Both the position numbers and the translations under genes were made by a program. From the IMG/VR virus record IMGVR_UViG_3300029977_000134: 20,000 bases of DNA. One strand, written 5' to 3'. Within the stretch, counting starts at the first letter, position 1. Every line of letters starts with the position of its first letter. The notes under the pieces were generated by a model. The model was given only the letters and a program-made list of their open reading frames with translations. It ran no database searches and was not told the origin of the DNA. This DNA is from an uncultured virus (IMG/VR IMGVR_UViG_3300029977_000134) (taxonomy: Duplodnaviria > Heunggongvirae > Uroviricota > Caudoviricetes). Of this stretch, positions 15,315 through 20,000 are shown piece by piece.

Positions 15315-16988
15315 CTACAGTTTGTTTTCCTTTAAACCCTCGACAAAAATTCTATAAATTACATCTATAGGATCCACATCCCTATATCCAAGTTTACTTG
15401 CAAGCCTTTTACCAAATTCCTCAAGAATATAGAAATAACCTACACCCTTACTAGCAAGCAAGATTCTACCTCCAAGTTTTTCATAAAGCGTAGTAAGTAT
15501 TTCTTCTTTACACTCTTTAATCTGTCCTTTTATAAATTTTGCAACTTTTCTATCTGCATCTATATCATTCCTCACCAACTCGATGAAATCTTCAATCCTA
15601 TCCCAATCCAAAACTTCATCAACAACGCTTGCTACAATCATTTTGAGAGCCGCTGTCTTATTGTCATCTAACTCCTTGTCCTCTGAGGTCTGGGTATCAC
15701 TTTCTGGACTTTCGGCTGGGATTTGCTGTTCAGGTTCACTAGTTTGGGGTGTTTCTTTGGTTTCATCCTTTGGAGTTTCATCTTTACCACTGTCTTGCTT
15801 CCCTTTCTGACCACCTTGCTGCTTTCCTTGCAGTATTTCTTGTATTCTCTGTTTTCTCTTCTCTATGTCTGATTTTCCAACACCCTTTACACCAACACCT
15901 CTTGTGAATGGAACATATGTAATTCCAGTAGCTTCTGGGAATACCTCAAGGACATGAACCTTAAAAACTGGTATAAACAAATCACCTCTAGGAAGATCCC
16001 AGTCAAATCCTTTTTCTCCTTTCTTTACTTTTTCAGGTCTTTCATACGTATAATAATCCAATATATCATCTTCACTCTTTCCATCTTCAAATGCTTGCAT
16101 GGCATAATCACACTCAATCCACCACCACTTACCATCTCTTGCATAGAGAATTGACCATTGGTCATACGTCACTCCAATTTCAACAGCTGTCTTTAAATCA
16201 ATGTCAGTTACAATGAACCCACCTTCTCCAGAAACCATCTGGTTAGTTGAACTATCGAACCAAGCACCTTTCTGTGTAGTTACTGTATAATTGCCTGGGC
16301 CGAGTTTATTGTCTAAAATTTCCTTAATTGGAATGAGTTTTCTTTTTTCCTCATACAAACCCATTTTTCTCTTCTTTCGGTATTTGTTTATGTCTGGCAT
16401 TAGTTGTCTTAAAAACTGCAGATACTCCTGCTTTTCTTCTTCAGTTATTTGCGTAGGACCACCATTAACCCCTTTCCATACCAACCTGTAGAATTTCTTA
16501 TCAGCCCTTCTGAGAGGATCATAATTTGAAGAGCTCTTGTATGTTGAAATAAACGCCATACCTTTCTTTGAGGGTGAGGAGGCGGAACTTGAAGAGGAGT
16601 AAAAGCTTTTCAATATTCTAATTGTAGTCCTCATTTCACCCTCAGACAGGGATACACAAGAATCCTCAAGCTTTTGGAGTTCATTATCAGAGAGAATCCC
16701 GTAGAACTTTCCAATTTTCTCTTTTGTACTAGAATCAATTTCAGCTTCAACTCTATCAAGGAAATTTAACAAGCAAGAGTATTTTTGCAGCCTACTAGTC
16801 CAGTTTGCACCTAATGTATCCAATATAGAGGTGGAATCCATCTTTGATAGATCTTCTGATTTTTCCTTCTCTTCCAGCTCTTTCCAATCGATTCCAAGTT
16901 CTGCTGGATCGTAATCTATTTCTACTGGATTTTCCTTAGCCCGCTTTCTGATACCCAACAGCTTATTTAGGTTATACACGTAAAACAT
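15315..16988 (-). CDS. Multidomain protein (557 aa): putative SAM-lyase/DUF3293-like domain, linker, and C-terminal domain shared with the two downstream genes
   Basis: RBS AAGGAGGT. Motifs MAFISTYK...INKYR...KGAW...GEGGFIV...AVEIGVTYDQWSILY. The CDS itself is well supported; the domain call is by eye. Confidence 0.6.
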   Translation of the reverse strand: MFYVYNLNKLLGIRKRAKENPVEIDYDPAELGIDWKELEEKEKSEDLSKMDSTSILDTLGANWTSRLQKYSCLLNFLDRVEAEIDSSTKEKIGKFYGILSDNELQKLEDSCVSLSEGEMRTTIRILKSFYSSSSSASSPSKKGMAFISTYKSSSNYDPLRRADKKFYRLVWKGVNGGPTQITEEEKQEYLQFLRQLMPDINKYRKKRKMGLYEEKRKLIPIKEILDNKLGPGNYTVTTQKGAWFDSSTNQMVSGEGGFIVTDIDLKTAVEIGVTYDQWSILYARDGKWWWIECDYAMQAFEDGKSEDDILDYYTYERPEKVKKGEKGFDWDLPRGDLFIPVFKVHVLEVFPEATGITYVPFTRGVGVKGVGKSDIEKRKQRIQEILQGKQQGGQKGKQDSGKDETPKDETKETPQTSEPEQQIPAESPESDTQTSEDKELDDNKTAALKMIVASVVDEVLDWDRIEDFIELVRNDIDADRKVAKFIKGQIKECKEEILTTLYEKLGGRILLASKGVGYFYILEEFGKRLASKLGYRDVDPIDVIYRIFVEGLKENKL

Positions 16989-17116
16989 ACTCTACCTCCT
17001 TAAATTTCATTTTTGACTTAAGAAGTTCTTCACAAGTTTTATCATGACACTTTAAACCATTCCATTTACAATACAAACTTATAGTTTAAAACTCTCGAAA
17101 AGTAAAGAGCCACTAT

Positions 17117-19609
17117 TTATTCACCCCCACACTTTGTTCCAGTATAACCACAATATGGGCAAGGATGATCGCAGTCAAACGGGTATTTTCTATCAGACAC
17201 TACCGCCCTGCCACAATTTGGACAGGTCGAAACAACATCGGAATTTGAAATTGAGAAGACACCAGTATTTTTAACTGATATGATTGGTTTTGTCATCAAA
17301 GCACTCGATAAAGTCTTTTCATACTCAGCCTCAACATCAACATTCTTTTTAAACCATTCAAGAACTCTTGCAAGGATAGCCGGCTTTGAAGGTATAAGAT
17401 ACCCAAAGAAGACTTCACCCTGTTTACCTACTGCTTTCACATTCTTTAAACCTTCAATAAGGAATGAATAATCCTCCCCAACGAGAGCTAACCTTCTTAA
17501 TACAGCTGAAAGGAGTTGTGACAGTGCAACCCACCAGGAGATTTCATCCATTGCATTTGTATTAACAAAAACTTCAAGCGGACTTCGGGTTTCCTTATCA
17601 TAAGTTACCGTTACATAGTAATTGTTATCTTCATACTTGACCTTGTAAGTTCTTGCCTCTAAAACAAATGGTCTCTTTGGAACTCGAATATTAAGGAACC
17701 CATTCTTTCCGTTTTCTTCTTCCTTCTCTTTCTTTTCAGGTTTCTTTACTTTCCTCAAAACCTCAACTTCCCTTGAACCCGTTCTGTAAATTGTAATTCC
17801 CTTAAGCCCAGATTCCCAAGCCCTCATATATATCTTCTCGACTTCTTCAACCGTTGCACTGTTAGGAAGGTTAATTGTCTGCGAGATAGAATTGTCAACA
17901 TACGTCTGCCATATCTTTGTATTTTCAATTCTTGCATCAATTGATACATCTTCAGTGGTTTCAAGGTAAGGTAATTTCATTTTCATTTCGTCAATAATAG
18001 TCAGTATTTCATTGGTGTCCAGAGTTTCCAGGTCTTTTTCAGGATAGTTCATCTTTACATAATTTTCAAGGATACTAACAACCGTTGGGTAAACTATAAG
18101 TTCTTCTTTCCCAAGACTTTCAGACCATCTTTTCATATAAAGGGAAAACATTGGTTCAATGGAAGAAGAAACTCCAGCCAGAAGTGAAATAGTTCCAGTC
18201 GGAGCTATTGAAAGTAATGCAACATTTCTTATGCCTTTCTCGTCAAACATTTTCTTATATTTCTCAGGAAGAAGGTTGTAAATTCTCTGCATAAACCTAC
18301 TTCTCATCATACCTTCATGGTCAAAAGCGGGATAAGGTCCGAACTGGTCAGCAAGTTCGATAGAAGTTTTATAGGCCGTAATTGCCATAGTCTGTGCAAT
18401 CTTTTCAACAAACTTGTAAGCTTCACTTTCAGGGTTTGCAAGGTCATTGAACTTATAACCTTTAAGGAATAGTAAATCTGCAAGACCCATAACTCCAAGT
18501 CCAAGCCTTCTACCCCTTCTATGAGATTCAGCCTGCTGTGGAAGTGGATGCCTATCAAGGTTGTAATCTACTACTGCATCAAGAAATACTATGCCAGCCT
18601 GAACCGCCCTTTCAAATTCAGGAAAATCGAAATCTTTTGTCATCGGGTCATAAAAACTAACAAGATTAAGGGAACCTAAATTACAACAACCGTAATCTTC
18701 AAGGAATATTTCACCACACGGATTAGTACACGTTACGGGTGCAAAGTATTCTGAATTTGATTCAACCTTTGCATTGTCAATAAATAGAACTCCAGGTTCT
18801 CCAAATCTCCAGGCCCTTTCCGCAATCTTTCTGAAAAGTTCCCGAGCATTAACTTCCCTTTCAATCGGTGGGTATTTCCCATCTGGGAATTCAAATCTTA
18901 ACTTGAAAGGTTTGTTTTCTTTTACCGCTTCCATAAACTCGTTTGTAATTATTACAGAAATGTTTGCCCTTTTAACTTGAGCTTCCGTAAGAGCCTTTTC
19001 AATTATCTGAAGAACTGCCTCTTCAACGCTATCTCCGAGCCTACCCTTTATTGTATTGTAAATCGACTTTGCCCATTCCTCGTATAATTCAGACTTAATC
19101 TTCAGGAAATCTTCAATATCTGGATGATCAACTCGCATTGCAAGAAGTAAAGCACCCCTTCTACCCATTTGACCAATTGTATCGGTTGTAACGGAAGCAA
19201 GGTTCATAAAAGATACCGCACCCGTTGAATACCTTGCCGAATTTGAAACTGGAGAACCTTTAGGTCTTAATCTCGACAGGTCAGAACCAACCCCACCACC
19301 ATACGAATAGGTCTTCGCCATTTCACCAAGCCACTTGAATATACCTTCAATACTGTCTTCAGTTATTGGAATGTTATAACAGTTGAGAAGAGTTGCCTTG
19401 GTTCCTTCTCTTCCCGCTCCAAAAATAATACGACCACCTGGAATGAAAGCTTTGTTTTTCATTAACTTCTTTATTCGGTCCTTATAGAGTTTTGGTTGAA
19501 TAGCTTCAACTATCCTTTCTACCGCTTTCTCCCAAGTTTCACCATCAACCGCATACTTTTTCTTAAAAATTTCAGACGAAAATTTGTTGTACAAATCCAA
19601 AAGCTGCAT
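17117..19609 (-). CDS. nrdJ: Class II (adenosylcobalamin-dependent) ribonucleotide reductase with C-terminal TSCPD-like domain and Cys cluster
   Basis: PGGRI, LLNCY, GGGVG, DHPDI, TNPCGE, CNLGSLNL, GLGVMG, IAPTGTIS, SQTIN and KGITIYR (no class I YY pair). C-terminal CPNCG..CPYCG..C. No ATP cone or intein. Confidence 0.93.
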   Translation of the reverse strand: MQLLDLYNKFSSEIFKKKYAVDGETWEKAVERIVEAIQPKLYKDRIKKLMKNKAFIPGGRIIFGAGREGTKATLLNCYNIPITEDSIEGIFKWLGEMAKTYSYGGGVGSDLSRLRPKGSPVSNSARYSTGAVSFMNLASVTTDTIGQMGRRGALLLAMRVDHPDIEDFLKIKSELYEEWAKSIYNTIKGRLGDSVEEAVLQIIEKALTEAQVKRANISVIITNEFMEAVKENKPFKLRFEFPDGKYPPIEREVNARELFRKIAERAWRFGEPGVLFIDNAKVESNSEYFAPVTCTNPCGEIFLEDYGCCNLGSLNLVSFYDPMTKDFDFPEFERAVQAGIVFLDAVVDYNLDRHPLPQQAESHRRGRRLGLGVMGLADLLFLKGYKFNDLANPESEAYKFVEKIAQTMAITAYKTSIELADQFGPYPAFDHEGMMRSRFMQRIYNLLPEKYKKMFDEKGIRNVALLSIAPTGTISLLAGVSSSIEPMFSLYMKRWSESLGKEELIVYPTVVSILENYVKMNYPEKDLETLDTNEILTIIDEMKMKLPYLETTEDVSIDARIENTKIWQTYVDNSISQTINLPNSATVEEVEKIYMRAWESGLKGITIYRTGSREVEVLRKVKKPEKKEKEEENGKNGFLNIRVPKRPFVLEARTYKVKYEDNNYYVTVTYDKETRSPLEVFVNTNAMDEISWWVALSQLLSAVLRRLALVGEDYSFLIEGLKNVKAVGKQGEVFFGYLIPSKPAILARVLEWFKKNVDVEAEYEKTLSSALMTKPIISVKNTGVFSISNSDVVSTCPNCGRAVVSDRKYPFDCDHPCPYCGYTGTKCGGE

Positions 19610-19622
19610 AATACAACTCCTT

Positions 19623-19844
19623 TTATTTCAAAAAGTTATCTCTTATTCCCTCTATCCAATACTGGATATAATACCAGGCTTTTGAAAACTCTTCATCAAC
19701 TGCTTGCCTTATTTCCTGTTTTACATTGTCTTTGAGGGGAAGCATATCCAGGGTTCTGTAGACTGGTTCTTTAATGGTTTCCTGTGAAATCTTTACACAG
19801 GAAGTTAGCAAAATTAGTGAAAGAAGAAAAATTCTCTTCTTCAT
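19623..19844 (-). CDS. Small lipoprotein
   Basis: MKKR, hydrophobic stretch and lipobox LTSC (Cys16). RBS AGGAGG. Confidence 0.8.
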   Translation of the reverse strand: MKKRIFLLSLILLTSCVKISQETIKEPVYRTLDMLPLKDNVKQEIRQAVDEEFSKAWYYIQYWIEGIRDNFLK

Positions 19845-20000
19845 TTTTTAGAACGCCTCCTATTCCTGAGCGCAAACCACCTGGAATTCTTTGCAGCTAC
19901 ATATTCAAATTCACTATCATCTTTTACCTCTACTCCAATTATTTTCACGTGTGAGAAGAGGGCTTTGAAGTACTCTTTGGGGTCTTCTGTAGATGGAAGT
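19841..20000 (-). CDS. 3' end of a hypothetical protein entering from beyond the window
   Basis: Open frame LPSTEDPKEYFKALFSHVKIIGVEVKDDSEFEYVAAKNSRWFALRNRRRSKK* with an ATGA overlap to the lipoprotein start. Confidence 0.7.
   Translation of the reverse strand, partial: LPSTEDPKEYFKALFSHVKIIGVEVKDDSEFEYVAAKNSRWFALRNRRRSKK

Larger units (their letters stand above)
1..20000. mobile_element. Probable segment of a large bacteriophage or plasmid-like phage genome
   Basis: Gene mix of orphan MTases, ParM/RHH, SNF2 helicase, NrdJ, Hsp20, SpeD, many short orphans and tandem paralogues, with repeated consensus promoters and no housekeeping operons. No structural or integrase gene in the window, so this is inference. 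Confidence 0.65.

Noticed and set aside
13600..17116. AGTTTTA-like motif in - strand intergenic gaps as a late promoter
   Set aside because: Short, AT-rich, inconsistently placed and absent from one gap; not distinguishable from background by eye.
18983..19090. Extra ~35-aa segment in NrdJ after DHPDIEDFLKIK as an intein or intron
   Set aside because: No intein termini (C/S...HN-C/S/T), the frame is intact, and this position varies in length among NrdJ proteins.
2144..19735. Numerous short antisense or alternative-frame ORFs in the track (e.g. 2144-2530, 3295-3549, 4454-4816, 6930-7280, 7979-8260, 10269-10568, 14132-14392, 18307-18558)
   Set aside because: They overlap well-supported genes, lack RBSs and have the S/F/L/I-rich composition of shadow frames.

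Overview
AT-rich, gene-dense window that looks like part of a large phage or plasmid-like phage of a probably thermophilic bacterium. Supporting signs are strong GGAGG RBSs, consensus sigma70 promoters, a lipobox protein, E/K/I/Y-rich proteins and many orphans and paralogues. No capsid, terminase or integrase gene is present to confirm this. Two convergent blocks meet at a perfect bidirectional terminator (13561-13600). The + block encodes two tandem paralogues, three orphan DNA methyltransferases plus an internally deleted remnant of a fourth, a very acidic repeat protein, an HEXXH metallopeptidase and SAM decarboxylase (speD). It also carries a ParM actin and an RHH (ParR-like) protein separated by a methyltransferase, an SNF2 helicase, a PARP-type zinc-finger-like protein and Hsp20. 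The - block encodes a lipoprotein, a class II ribonucleotide reductase (nrdJ) and three adjacent genes sharing an unrecognised helical domain. The largest of the three also appears to carry a T3-SAMase-like (SAM lyase/DUF3293-like) domain. Highlights are (1) the SAM-lyase-like fusion and a possible SAM-manipulation/anti-restriction programme, (2) an 87-nt GC-rich, codon-aligned hairpin ending in GCCA inside the ParR-like gene, (3) a promoter-gene cassette bounded by 17-bp direct repeats at a decayed MTase, and (4) a PARP1-ZnF-like motif next to the SNF2 helicase. All family assignments come from motif recognition by eye, without database searches.
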